The notes beneath the pieces were generated by a model that was not told the origin of the DNA, did not search any database, and was given only the letters and a program-made list of their open reading frames with translations. The position numbers and the translations under genes are program-made. DNA of 64,000 bases, from contig NC_068985.1 of the NCBI RefSeq assembly GCF_001194135.2, forward strand, positions 106,880,191-106,944,190, given 5' to 3'. Source of the stretch: Octopus bimaculoides. Lineage: Eukaryota. Position 1 is the stretch's first letter. The number at the start of each line of letters is the position of its first letter. Below are positions 1-12,112 of the stretch, piece by piece.

Positions 1-997
1 CTGTAAGTCAATGACTGCAGTAAAAACACGGACAGGGGGTGGGGTGGGGTGGGGGGGTTCCAAGAGGATTGATATTTTGGAAAGGAAGGACTGGGCAAAA
101 TGGTTAGAGCAAATACAATTTGGGTTGCGAGAGGACGAAAGACGAATCAATCTTCCAATGGACCTGGGTAGAGTGGCACGAATTCAGTCAACTTCAAGAG
201 GCAGATGCCAATGTAGTAGTAGTAATAGTAGAAAAGAGAGCGCGGAGCCAGATGTTAGAGTGTGTTGAGGTGGGGATTAGACATTGTTTAGCCCACGTCA
301 ACTCTGATTGAACAGAGTTATATAATCGAAAGCGCTCCAGCCATGACTAACTCATCTTTTTTTTCGGGTCTGCTACATCTAAGACAATACTTTTCATTAT
401 TTTTTTTTCTTGATAGACGGAGAGTGAGGGAGATTTGGGTGCTATTCCTAACGAGCGACCACGTCGTTTTTTTTTTCTGCTAAAGCCTAGCTAGGAAGAT
501 TTAGAGGAAATTATCGATCGTTATTGGTAGGAATGTATCAAAGATGAACTGATTCAAAAATCCCAATTGTGCTAACAATAATAAATCACAATTAGGGTTT
601 GCTTATTTACCTGTTTGAACCTGCCAATACCGACGGTTTAAACAAATATAGCAGAAAAGAAGATGAAACAAATGAAGAAACAATATGTCAAACGTGTAGC
701 AGCTTCTCATTGTCCACCTCATCTCTGTTCACATTCTTCTGTCAACGAGACGGAGGGCACAATGAAGTGAAAGGGAACGAGTTACTGTAGCCAGTATTTT
801 TCAACAAGCTGACTTGCTCAATAGTGTACTGTAGCATGTGGGCTAAGGTAAACTGACAAACATGGAAACATAGAGCTAATGGATGTGACACATAGATACA
901 TAGACAGTCAGACAGACACACGTACATATACACACACACGCTGCCACTGACATAGAGACAAATATGATGTATAATGAATATATTTAATGTGAGTGTA

Positions 998-1044
<47 letters not shown>

Positions 1045-1191
1045 CAGTGCACATATAAAAATATACATAAATACACATATAAATATACATAAGGCAGCCG
1101 AAACGATTGCTGTGCTAAATAAAGCTTCAAGTTACACTCCGTCTTCCGTATCAATTGTTTAGAATATAAATATACATCTGTATATACAGAT

Positions 1192-1234
<43 letters not shown>

Positions 1235-2196
1235 TACACACTTAATACATACAACTGAATGTTTGTATGTACATTTCAGCGCTACAAGTAGCAACGTTGT
1301 AGTTTAATAAGGAATATTGCAACAACAGAAATAGAAGCAATTACAAACAACAGAATTGATGAACGACTGCAAATATAATTGATAAACATTACAACATAAT
1401 TAGACAGAGTGAGAGAGATCAGAACCATGTGTGGTACGGTCCTTATATGTCGGGTGGTGTAGAGAGGTACAGGTGAGCTAAAATGTTTTAAGTAGGGTGA
1501 CTAGTGTACGTACATGGAGGGGTTAGTGATAGACGTGAGCGAAGAGAGTCTGTAAGAGGTGGAAGACGAGAAATTTATAGAAAGATGGAAAGGGAAAAGG
1601 AAGGGGTGTGAGAGAATGGAGAGGTTAGATACGGGAGAGTGAGACGTGAGAAGATGCGAGTTGAACAAGAGAGGTGCAGAGAAAACGCAAAAAAGGGGAT
1701 GATGTAAAGAGCGGAGTAAAATGTAAAAATGACATGTGACAGGTGAGTGAGATAGGAGAGAAGAGGAACCGGGTGCTGAGAGAAAGAGAAAAAGACAAGT
1801 GAATGAGTGAGAAAACAATGAGAGATAGGGGTATATGACAAGGGAGACATGAGATAGGGGAAGCGGGTGAAGACAGAAGTGAAAGAGAAGGGTAAGAAAG
1901 AAGATTCAGTTTTATATATATATATATATATATGCATACAGTGAGTTGATGAGAGCCATATAAGCACAGTATGGATAACACAAACACACACACAAATTTA
2001 TGTGTGTATGTATACAGACACACAGAGAAATTCGGGGAGAGAGAAACGGGGTGATGGAGACACATACAAAGAGAGACAGAAGCAAAAAATAAAATATTAT
2101 TGACACACTCAAAGGAGAGACAAAGCGGGAGGCAATGAATAAGACGGATTCTGAGATAGACAAACAAACGAAGAGACATAAACACAGAGAGAAGAG

Positions 2197-2249
<53 letters not shown>

Positions 2250-2770
2250 CATACATACACACACAAAGATAGATACATATAGAAAGAGAGAGATTCAAGA
2301 AAAGAAAGAGAACCAAACGGGATCAGAGTGAGACAGACATACACGAGTAGAGAGACAGACAGACAGAGTAGAAGAAAATATGCGAAAGAGAGACCAACAG
2401 CGTGGTTTGGTATTTTGAGTAGTTCCTACTACTACTATTACTGCCACTATCACCACCAACCAACACGCAAGTCTGCTCAATTAGGGTTGACCTGGGGCTA
2501 AACGATTACTACAAGACTCAAGTGCAAGATTCGATGTGGCTGTCTATGGTAAAATAGTAGTAGAATTTGAGACGAAAGGTACAGGGGGCCCCTCTGCAAA
2601 GATGGTGTGTTGACAGATCTGAGGTGGATTTTAAGAGATAGGTAGAGAATTGGAAGCTACATAACACGATGTACACGATATAATAAAAAAAATCATAAAT
2701 TCGACGGACACAAATGTGCCAAAAGAAGAAGACATAGATACACACTTATGTTACGTAAGTATATATATAC

Positions 2771-2831
<61 letters not shown>

Positions 2832-5800
2832 AGACAAATAGAACTATATAGTATTCACACGGAGCTTATGTGTGTGTATATACACACACACATATATATA
2901 TAGAGAGAGGGGGGGGTGAACACGAAATGTACATAGATAGGTGTTGTATACAGATGTGTATAGAAAGTGTGTGATCGGTAGATAAGTACTTGAATGTGTG
3001 TGTTTAGAAAATGAATTTGTGCAGTGCATATGTTTGTGTTCTGTAGGAAGATAGGTACATGTACATCTCTATTTATGTATCTAGCAAATACGTATGTTTC
3101 TAGTAGGGTAAGTAGACGTGTGTATTTATTTATATAGGTGTGCAATATAGTATATATACAGTTTCCCGAAAAGACAGGTGCCACAGAAGACCATCACTAG
3201 ATGTGCAAATATTACAAGAACATTAGTGCTGAAATAATGGCTGACGCACACACACGCATTAACCATATATATATATATATATAATAACACTTATGCCATT
3301 CATGTAGACAAATATATACATACATACATATCACACATAACATGTATGATACACAAAACATGCACACACCATCATATTAACACATACATCACCCACATCA
3401 TCAGATGATAACACATACATGCCATCACAAACACACACTAAAATATAGACATAAAAACATGCATACAATATCGCACAGATGCTTGCTAACGAACGAGCTT
3501 CTATGTGGTTGCTTTATCTGCAAAGATAGCAGCTAAATTCCTCTCAAATTACATCCTAGCATTCTGAAAGGGGATAATTTAGTCCTACATGGGCAATGCT
3601 TTAGTGAAGGACAAGATGGTCGAGACTGGAGCGCCTTGCAGTGCTAAAAAAGTGAAGGACACATTGAATAATGCAGTCCTGGAAACACTATACCTGAAAA
3701 AAAAAATAGGATGGTCACAGCCAGAGACCCTTTGATCATGTAAGTCTACACGATCAGGGCTAACCTAGGGTTAAACAACAATCATAGATTTACGCACATA
3801 AACTCTACTACATACACACACCATCGTCATCATTAAGAATACGCATATATACCATCGCCAGCATCAATATCATACCGTATGATATAGGTAGCTAAGAGAT
3901 GATGCTGGCAGAATAAGCAGCGATGATAGATGCAGCCTACAGGAATCGTTGAGGCGATGTACAGACAAGATTGAAATAATAATAAGAATGGTTTCTAATA
4001 GAAGCACAACGCTCCGAATATGAGGGAGGATATAGCCAACTATATCGACCTCAGTATCTGACTGGTACTTTATTTTAACGATCCCCGAAGGATAGGTAGT
4101 AAAGACAACCGCAGCAGGATTTGAACTTACAATGTAGCAGTGACGCAAATACCACTAAGCAAAATCGACCACGGCTGGATTTGAATTTAGAACATAGGCA
4201 CGAATCCACAAAGACAGAGAGGGTATTGACACAGCGCAAAGCATTTTGTCAGGTGTTGTAAAACAACCATGCAACAGTAACGATAATTGTTTCAAATTTT
4301 AACACTAGGCCAGCAATATTTAGTGGGAGGGATTAGTCGATTAAATGGTCTAGCAATATATTTTAACGACCCCGAAAGGATGAACGGCAAAGCTGACCTC
4401 GGCGAAATTTGAGCTCAAAACATAAAGAGCTGAAAAAACACCGCAAAGATTCTGCTAATCCACCACTTTCTGAGGTGGATGAGACAGCAGAGCACATCGA
4501 CTCCAGTATAACTGGTACTTTATTTTATCGACTCTGAAAGGTTGAAAAGCAAATTCCACGTCGATTAGGATTGAACTCAGAACATATGGTTCTAACAAAA
4601 TAACGCAAAACAGTTTGTTCTCCGCCCCATCACTTCTTCCAAATAAGCAAACCGAAGAATTTTTGACAGCAGAAAGGTGACACGGAGGTGGTGATAATGA
4701 CGGTCACACCTTTTCGAAGGAGATTGGCTGGTGATGTATGCGATGTAAAACGTGTCCGATCTGGGATCGAAACTGTGTCGTGGACTCGGTTCGCCGAGAG
4801 CTCAACTTAAACTGTACATCACAGTAATGGATGCTTGTGCGAAAATGTGTGTATGTGTGTGGATAGATAGATAGATAGTGAGAGAGAGACATACGTATAT
4901 ACACACATATATACATATGTATTGTACGTATTTCTAAAACGTTCCTGATCAAATGACTTCCACATCACATTTAACTAAATTAATTTAATAACTACAATTA
5001 ATAATGGAGTTAACAATGTTTTCGCGTGGGCCAAAGAATTGACTGTAAAACAACAAATGTGTGTACGTGTATGTATACATATATATATACACACACACGA
5101 ACACACATATATATTCATATATGTATACGTGTATGTATAGATATATACACACAAGTATTATATATATATGTGTGATTATTGTGGGAGAACGCCCTATTTG
5201 GTGATGAAGATTGAGTGTTATTGAGATTATTAATGTAATTGTGTAATCTCTTTATATAAATATAAATAGGCAGTATGAATGCGGTTGGTGATATTATATC
5301 CAGTTGTTTAGCCCCCGGTCAGCACTGATCAAGTAGACCTATGATCAAAGTATTCCAGCCACCAACAATTACATTTTATTTTCAGATAAAATGTATCCAG
5401 AACTACCTTATCCAATGCGTCTTTCGTTTATTTATTTATTTATTTTTTCCTAAGATGTTGTTTGATAAATGTGGCTGCTGTTTCTAGCAGATCGAGAGAC
5501 TACATTGGAGGCTCTTCAGGTGAAAGATTACATATTAATCTGACTATGTGTGAAGAGTGGAATGCAAAGGAACATGATTACACAACTGAAATATAAAAAA
5601 AAAACTGAGAACATAAACACACACAGATAAGTGTGTGCAAGCGTGTATATATATATATAATGTGTGTGTGTGTGTGTGTGTGTGTTAGTGTGTGTGTGTG
5701 TGTGTGTGATGATACATATGTCACTATATATGATGTCTGCGTGTTGTGAAGGAAAGATGTAAACTGTCATCGTTGAATGATGGAGAATGATGATTACACA

Positions 5801-6252
5801 AGACAGAATGAGGGTGGGTGTGGATGCGTGTATACACACAAATGTAATGTTTTTAGATATATTATGGCAGGTGATGATAGTGTGTATATAATATTTTCGA
5901 GGCAGTGGAGATGGTCGTGATATACATACAGACACACATAATAATTTTGTATATGAGATTTACGAAGTATATTAGTGTGTGTGTACGTGTATATAAATAT
6001 ATACTTAAAAATATACATATACCAAGACAGGTGTGTAAACATACACACTGTGTGTATGTGTGTGTGTAGACACGTCTGTATGTAAAAAGATTAAGGTGTG
6101 GTGTGTTTGTATTTTGGCATTGGAGATGAAGAAGTGAGATATTACAAATGACGATAGCAGGAATTAAATAGAGACAAAAGGAGCGGCGAAATATTTTTAA
6201 AAATAGTGAGTGGGGGAACTATAAAATATATATATGTATACATATAGGTAGG

Positions 6253-6311
<59 letters not shown>

Positions 6312-6420
6312 NNNNNNNNNNNNNNNNNNNNNNNNNNNNNNNNNNNNNNNNNNNNNNNNNNNNNNNNNNNNNNNNNNNNNNNNNNNNNNNNNNNNNNNNN
6401 NNNNNNNNNNNNNNNNNNNN

Positions 6421-6467
<47 letters not shown>

Positions 6468-6809
6468 TATCTATATATGTGGGTGTGTAAAAAGGAGAGA
6501 GTAAAATCAATAAAGGAAAAGATAATACATAAGATCGATCAGAGATATAGAGAGAAATTAAACGAGAATAAAACGGTAGAAATAGTAGAGAGGGAAAGAG
6601 CAAAAGATGAGAGAGAGTATAAGAGAGGAGGGGGAAGGGGAGGTGGGACTGCGAAAGATGACAATCCAAACTGAAATCAGACGACAGGTCTGGAGCGAGA
6701 TGTGTGCTGAGATATTCATACATATACAGTTACTGGAGAGGCGAATTTTTCATTGAAATATAATAATAAGGCCTCTAAAGTGAATGGGAAACAAGACAGA
6801 TGTACATAC
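1..6809 (-). other. CaMKII: CaMKII intron 1 (partial, continues beyond window start)
   Basis: Begins at the gtatgt donor (6809). I saw no GAFS(V/I)V(R/K)RC exon 2 in 1-6800; content is microsatellites and SINEs. Confidence 0.75.
4030..4620 (-). mobile_element. Three tandem decayed copies of a tRNA-derived SINE
   Basis: Motif ctggtacttta(t)ttt..cgaccccgaaaggatgaa..gcaaa...gaactcagaac recurs at about 4060, 4360 and 4510; same family as 44220-44432. Confidence 0.7.
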
Positions 6810-6874
6810 TTGCCAAGTTCTTCTTTCAGTTCATAAATCTCGTTGAATTTCGATAACGATGCAGTCGTAGCCAT
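6810..6874 (-). CDS. CaMKII: Calcium/calmodulin-dependent protein kinase II, first coding exon (partial gene; remaining exons lie left of the window)
   Basis: Reverse complement reads ATG GCT ACG ACT GCA TCG TTA TCG AAA TTC AAC GAG ATT TAT GAA CTG AAA GAA GAA CTT GGC AA|gtatgt = MATTASLSKFNEIYELKEELG(K). This matches the CaMKII N-terminus (MATT..CTRF.D.Y.L.EELGK). The 65-nt length and phase-2 intron inside the Lys codon of ELGK match the first coding exon of vertebrate CAMK2 genes. Good start context (caacATGG). Confidence 0.9.
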
Positions 6875-7030
6875 GTTGAATAAGTAAATGCCTGAGCTGT
6901 GTGGGGTTGAGGGAGGGGGGAAGCAAGACTAGTCTCGTGTGATCTCGTTGGACGGACTCTGGCAGCGGCGGCGGCGCGACGAGATCTCGTTTTCGTCGTC
7001 GCGTGCCGCCGCTAACATAACATGTGCAAT
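6875..7030 (-). promoter_or_regulatory. CpG-rich 5' UTR / core promoter of CaMKII
   Basis: The densest CpG/GC patch in the window, directly upstream of the ATG. Contains (GCG)n, the palindrome ACGAGATCTCGT and two GATCTCGTT copies. TSS cannot be determined from sequence. Confidence 0.7.
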
Positions 7031-7303
7031 ATTACTTCCTAATCCTCCCCTCCCCTCCATCTCCTTTCTTCTTTTTCCTCCTTCTCTTCCTCATTTCAGT
7101 CTCTTTTACTTCACAACTATTGTAGAATTCATCAGTTTCTCTCCCTTCTTGATTTTTCTTTTGCTTTTCGATTAACATTTATCTATTAGCTTATATATAT
7201 ATGTGTGTGTGTGTGTGTGTATTATCTTCCTATCTATCTGTCTATCTCTTATTCTGCATGTCTGTCTTACCTATTTACCTGTGTATCAGTCTATCCTATC
7301 TGC

Positions 7304-7337
<34 letters not shown>

Positions 7338-7435
7338 ATAGATAGATAGATAGATAAACATACGTACATAGATGCATAGATTGGTGTAGATATACAGACA
7401 CATACCTGTTTATATATATATATATATATATATAC

Positions 7436-7645
7436 TCTTTTCTTTTACTTGTTTCAGTCATTTGACTGCGGCCATGCTGGAGCACCGCCTTTAGTCGAGC
7501 AAATCGACCCCAAGTCTTATTCTTTGTAAGCCTAGTACTTATTCTATCAAGAATCTTTTGCCGAACCGCTAAGTTACAGGGACGTAAACACACCAGCATC
7601 GGTTGTCAAGCGATGTTGGGGGGACAAACATAGACACACAAACAC
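7436..7645. mobile_element. SINE-like dispersed repeat, little-diverged copy
   Basis: cttttacttgtttcagtcatttgactgcggccatgctggagcaccgcc...; related copies at about 33370-33590, 60780-60980 and (inverted) 13990-14220. Confidence 0.7.
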
Positions 7646-7670
7646 ACACACACACACATACATACATATA

Positions 7671-7788
7671 TACGACAGACTTCTTTCAGTTTCAGTCTAC
7701 CAAATCCACTCACAAGGTGCCACACAGTGGGAATGAACCCGGAACTATGTGGCAGGTAAGCAAGCTACTTACAACACAGTCACTCCTA
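7671..7788 (-). mobile_element. tRNA-derived SINE, internally deleted copy
   Basis: Reverse complement gives a tRNA-like head (ggagtgactgtgttgtaagtagcttgcttacc...ggttcattcccact); family shared with 11722, 22800 and 58198. Confidence 0.65.
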
Positions 7789-7790
7789 AA

Positions 7791-8545
7791 TAGGGCGTGA
7801 CAGGTGAATTGTCGCCATTTTATATTTTTAATTTCGTGCATGTGCCTTGTTTTTAATTTTCTCAACTAAACAGTATAGTAGGGGCAGTTGGGCACCGTCT
7901 TAGAGAAAAACAGCACCATGACGCAATTCACTATGCCAAAAATTTGGAAAAGACATGTACTGCTTGGCATTCGTGCTGGAAGCTCCTATACGAACATTTC
8001 AGTGGGTTTGAGTGTCAATCTGAGGACATGTACTGAGAGTGATAAAAATCAAACATCCAGTCAACATCAGTGTTTGGAGTGATCAGTAGTGATGGTAACG
8101 TTATGCCTCCATTCATCTTTCCACGTGGCCTCACACTCAACACAGAGGTCTACATCGAGTGCCTAGAGGAAGTAGTGCTGCCCTGAGTGAAGAGGGTGGC
8201 TGCTGGAAGACCCTATGTCTAACAACAGGACCCTGCACCATGCCACACAAGCAGAAGAACCCAGTCATGGCTGTCAGATAATTTTTGCAACCACACCACC
8301 CCTAAAATCTGGCCTCCTAACTTCACAACTCCCTAGATTATTATGTGTGGGGTGCAGTTGAGAGAGAGACCAACAAAACTCCTTGTGACACCAAAGTTGA
8401 AATGAAGACAAAGATCATGACAGCATTTACCAACTTAAACAAGGGGATCATTCAGAAGAGTTGTAGGAGATTCTGAAGTCATCTGGAGGCCATGGTTGAA
8501 ACCAATGGTAATTTTTTTTTATAAATTTACTCTTTAATATCATGT
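7791..8545 (+). mobile_element. Tc1-like (IS630-Tc1-mariner) non-autonomous relic, copy 1
   Basis: Highly similar to 23214-24054, with a degenerate left TIR. Encodes decayed VMPPFIFP..., QQDPAPCH and WPPNxxxxxPLDY motifs. Confidence 0.8.
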
Positions 8546-8559
8546 TTTGGACGTACAAT

Positions 8560-9190
8560 GCACCACGAGTAACTACCTACAATGACATTCCTGTATCCAA
8601 TATTAGCAAAGGATGTATGCTGGCAGACATTTTGAAACCAGCCAAAGCTGAAAGTATTGGATGAGTACACATTGTATAATGGACTTAGCTTTTGTGGTTC
8701 TTGATTGCACCTTTATTCAGAGAAAAAAGTCCTCTGTAGCCAGCAGAGATAGCTCCCTGATCTTTTTCTAACCTGTTCTTCTTCTGACTGCCATACTTTT
8801 AGAGCACCTACCCTCACTACAAATTAGATTACCTAGGTAACAGTTATCATCTGATTTTAGTGAACCACCTGAGCACTTAAGAGAATCCATTTTCTATGAG
8901 CTCTTAACGCATATTACCCCTGTATATCTACTACATATGAAATCTACCTTCTCTGTTAGCTGCCTGTGATCTTGTGCATACATAGTTACATTTCATACAT
9001 AGTATGGAGTTCCAACTTACTGCTTTAGGATTTATCAAACAGGACTATTTCTTTAATGAAAGCAAGGTCCTGGCTTTTCTCCTACTTACTAATAATATTT
9101 TAGTTTTTGCTAAGTTTACTTTGAGGCCTCTTGACTCAAGAAGTTGCTGGAATTTCTTCTCCAGATCTACTACAGATTCAGCTTCCTAAA
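8560..9190 (-). mobile_element. RTE-clade LINE relic (post-RT region)
   Basis: Minus frame AESVVDLEKKFQQLLESRGLKVNLAKTK...WNSILC parallels WKQDLESKGIRVNLTKT of the larger RTE copy near 39 kb. Confidence 0.7.
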
Positions 9191-9499
9191 GCATTAACAG
9201 AATCTGAAATCCTTGGATTTTGTAAAACAAAAATTCTGTTTTCCTTTCCTTAAGATGATTAATTCAAAATATTTAAATTTTCAATTTAGAAATTAAATAT
9301 AAAAGTGACGATCAACTTCAATTCATTGGAGAAAGTCACAAAGTCAGTCTTCGAATCTTTTTGTGAAATCCAAGGATTTCCTTGTAAGGAAATCCTTGTT
9401 TAAAAATCTGAATGAGAACTTTCATTCTTAGAAGCTTCCAAACTGAAGACTGTATTTGACATCAATTTTTCCACAAAGTCTCTGAAACATACAGGATTG

Positions 9500-11300
9500 T
9501 TTTGAATACATTTTTACATGTTTGATGTATTTTTAACGCGATCAAACATTTTACTGAGTTTACTGCTTTCCTTTCATGAACTTACATTTTTTTGCAATCA
9601 ATGCTTCCCTGTGAATTGTGCAATGAGGACTAAAAGATATAAGAGAAATGCAGTGGAAGGAGTTCTAAAGTATAAACTCTATCAATACAACACACTTAAT
9701 GTCCATGTGTTGATGAAATGTCAGAATTTGTAATTTTCATCCAGGGAAAAATCCCTTTTTAGACATATTGTGTTAAAGAACACGGAACACTGCAGAACTA
9801 GGTGAAGCAAAATCACCCTGGAAGTGACCAGGAAAACAACAGATATTGATTTTGCTTTTGTTGCAGCTTCAGATAGCTGATATGATTTTGCCTTGAAAGC
9901 GACATGAGTATGTGACATTAATAAGCCACAATAACAGCAAAATACCTATCTGTTGCTGTCAGTCACTTCTGGTGTGATTTTATTTTACCTAGCTCTGAAG
10001 TGTACTGTATTTTTTAACGCAATACATTATTTATAAAGGGATTTTTCTCAGATGAAAACCACAGCTTCTGGTGTTTCAACAACTCACATCCATTAATTAC
10101 TTTGATTTGTAAGAGAAATGTGTTTCACATGCATCACTATTATTGACTGAATACCCATCATTGTCACAACCCCACCATTAGACTGCGAAGTGCATATCCA
10201 ACTTTAACAGGAAAATCATCAATGCTATTGAAAATAGCCTCTCCAGGGGTTTCTTCCCTAGTGTCAATACAATGTAATTAATGTCCAACTAAATTTTGTA
10301 CATCATCAGAAATATCTGGAAAATACGCTAACAAAGAAACCATGTGTGATTTGTTGTGTCATAGTACTTTCATTCATTTATTAAGTCATAGCATGGGGCA
10401 TTTCAAACTTGTAAAGATCTTTTCTTTTACATTTTCACATAAATTCTTAACATTTCATCTCAATATTTCATCTTTATCATAGAATTTTTCAACACCAATA
10501 AGAAGAAAGAGTTTGATTATGGTTTCATGTTATGTAAACAGTTGGTTTTATTTAAGGATAAGTTTAGTATTGTGTAAAAATGATTTGGAAAAATGACAGT
10601 AGTTCTTTGGAATAAAAGTAGCATCAGAAATTATTTTCTTTCATAAGGTTTTCCATTATTTGTTTAAAATAGTCTAGGGATTTCAGTTAGAAACTGAGAA
10701 TTTCATTTAAAAAAATAGGTTTTCAACTTGGCAGGAGCTAAATTTCAGTTCACAACAAATAAGACACTCAACATCCTAATAAGTTTCATTTGTTTGTTCT
10801 TCAGGCAAATACACACTAAACACCAAATAATCATTATTCTATTTTCTCTGTTTACATTCTTCACCTGTAATGAGTTTTTATTTTTTTTCTATTGTGTTAG
10901 ATGAGGCTGTTTTCTTTGAGATAAATTCTCAATATTGGCATTGCTTGTTCAGGTTCTGACTATATAACTTTTTCCTAATATGATTCCGACTGATGAAATT
11001 CTTGTCAAAGGATAGCACTCTGCCTTATTCCTTACTGAAGTTGATCGAACTCAGTTGCTATTCCAGCAAGATTGGTGTGCCATTCCTTGTGGAAGATTGG
11101 TTTAGAACCCCAACAACTGAAGAAAACAGCCAAGGAGATAGCTATGGAAGCTGAAACCAGTTCATGGTGACTGTGGTTGACAAGAGACCAAAGATGGAAA
11201 CCATCTGTGGGTGAAGCCTTATTCAGTCCTAGCTGCTCCATTCATGTGAGGCATAGCAACTAAAGGGGTGAAATGCTTGTGATTCTAAGATACCTACTGA
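9500..11300 (-). mobile_element. hAT (Charlie/Buster-like) transposase relic
   Basis: HCTIHREALIAK at 9590-9625 (hAT HC.IHREAL motif), GEAIFNSIDDF near 10.2 kb, and BED-finger-like ECLICCEL/APAKLK at about 10690-10775. Many stops and frameshifts. Confidence 0.75.
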
Positions 11301-11721
11301 AGATACATGAGTGTTTCCAATGCTGCAATATTTTTAGTCAACACCAGGTGAAGAGCTTGCAATATCTTTAAGTAGCTCCAGCCGTTTTTATATGGGACGA
11401 AGCATCTCTGATGCTTATCTCACCTGCTGTGGTTCAATAGTTGTCTCGGCAATGACATTTGCTTCTGATAAAATGGCTTTGACATGTTAAACATGTTAAA
11501 AAAAAAAACTTGAGTGTTATGTTATGAAGTATATCTCTGGAGAACAAATTACATTGTGTATGTTTCAATTCTGATTTATTAGGGATTACTAGAAATACTA
11601 GCATTTTAAAGCAGCAGTTAATACAAATGTATAACATGGAAATGATAAATATATATTCTGTAAAAGATAGGCATTTATTTTTAAATCTAAGAACATATAT
11701 ATAAGCACAGATGTGGTATTA

Positions 11722-11858
11722 AGAAGCTAGCTTCTTAAACATGCGGTCTTGGCTCAGCTCTGTTGCACAACACCTTGGGCAAGTGTCTTCCACTAAAGTC
11801 CTGAGCTGACCAAAACTTCATGAGTGGTTTGTTAAACAGAAACTGAAAGAAGCCCATC

Positions 11859-11860
<2 letters not shown>
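11722..11860 (+). mobile_element. tRNA-derived SINE
   Basis: Family motif caccttgggcaagtgtcttc...gaaactgaaagaagccc followed by (TA)n. Confidence 0.75.
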
Positions 11861-11932
<72 letters not shown>

Positions 11933-11949
11933 AGACACACACACACACA

Positions 11950-12112
11950 CAATGGGCTTCTTTCAGTTTTTGTCTATCAAATCCACTAACAAATATTTGG
12001 TCAGCCTGGGGCTATAGTAGAAAACACTTACCCAAAGTGCCATGCACTGGGGCTGAACTCTGAACCATATGGCTGGGAAGCAAACTTCTTACCACACAGC
12101 CATGCCTGCACC
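11950..12112 (-). mobile_element. tRNA-derived SINE, inverted relative to 11722-11860
   Basis: gggcttctttcagttt...gccatgcctgcacc is the reverse complement of the same family. Confidence 0.75.

Noticed and set aside
1501-2344. Long ORFs (up to 239 aa) in CaMKII intron 1
   Set aside because: Translations of GA-rich and (TA)n simple repeats; low complexity, no domain.
1-6800. Search for CaMKII exon 2 (GAFSxVxRC)
   Set aside because: Not found by eye on the minus strand; assumed to lie beyond the window's left edge.
6939-7175. 78-aa plus-strand ORF over the CaMKII promoter as a divergent gene
   Set aside because: Non-ATG start and a low-complexity pyrimidine tract; better explained as promoter/UTR sequence.
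9371-9398. 28-bp palindrome CAAGGATTTCCTT-GT-AAGGAAATCCTTG
   Set aside because: Lies between two transposon relics and is probably a subterminal repeat; nothing supports an independent function.
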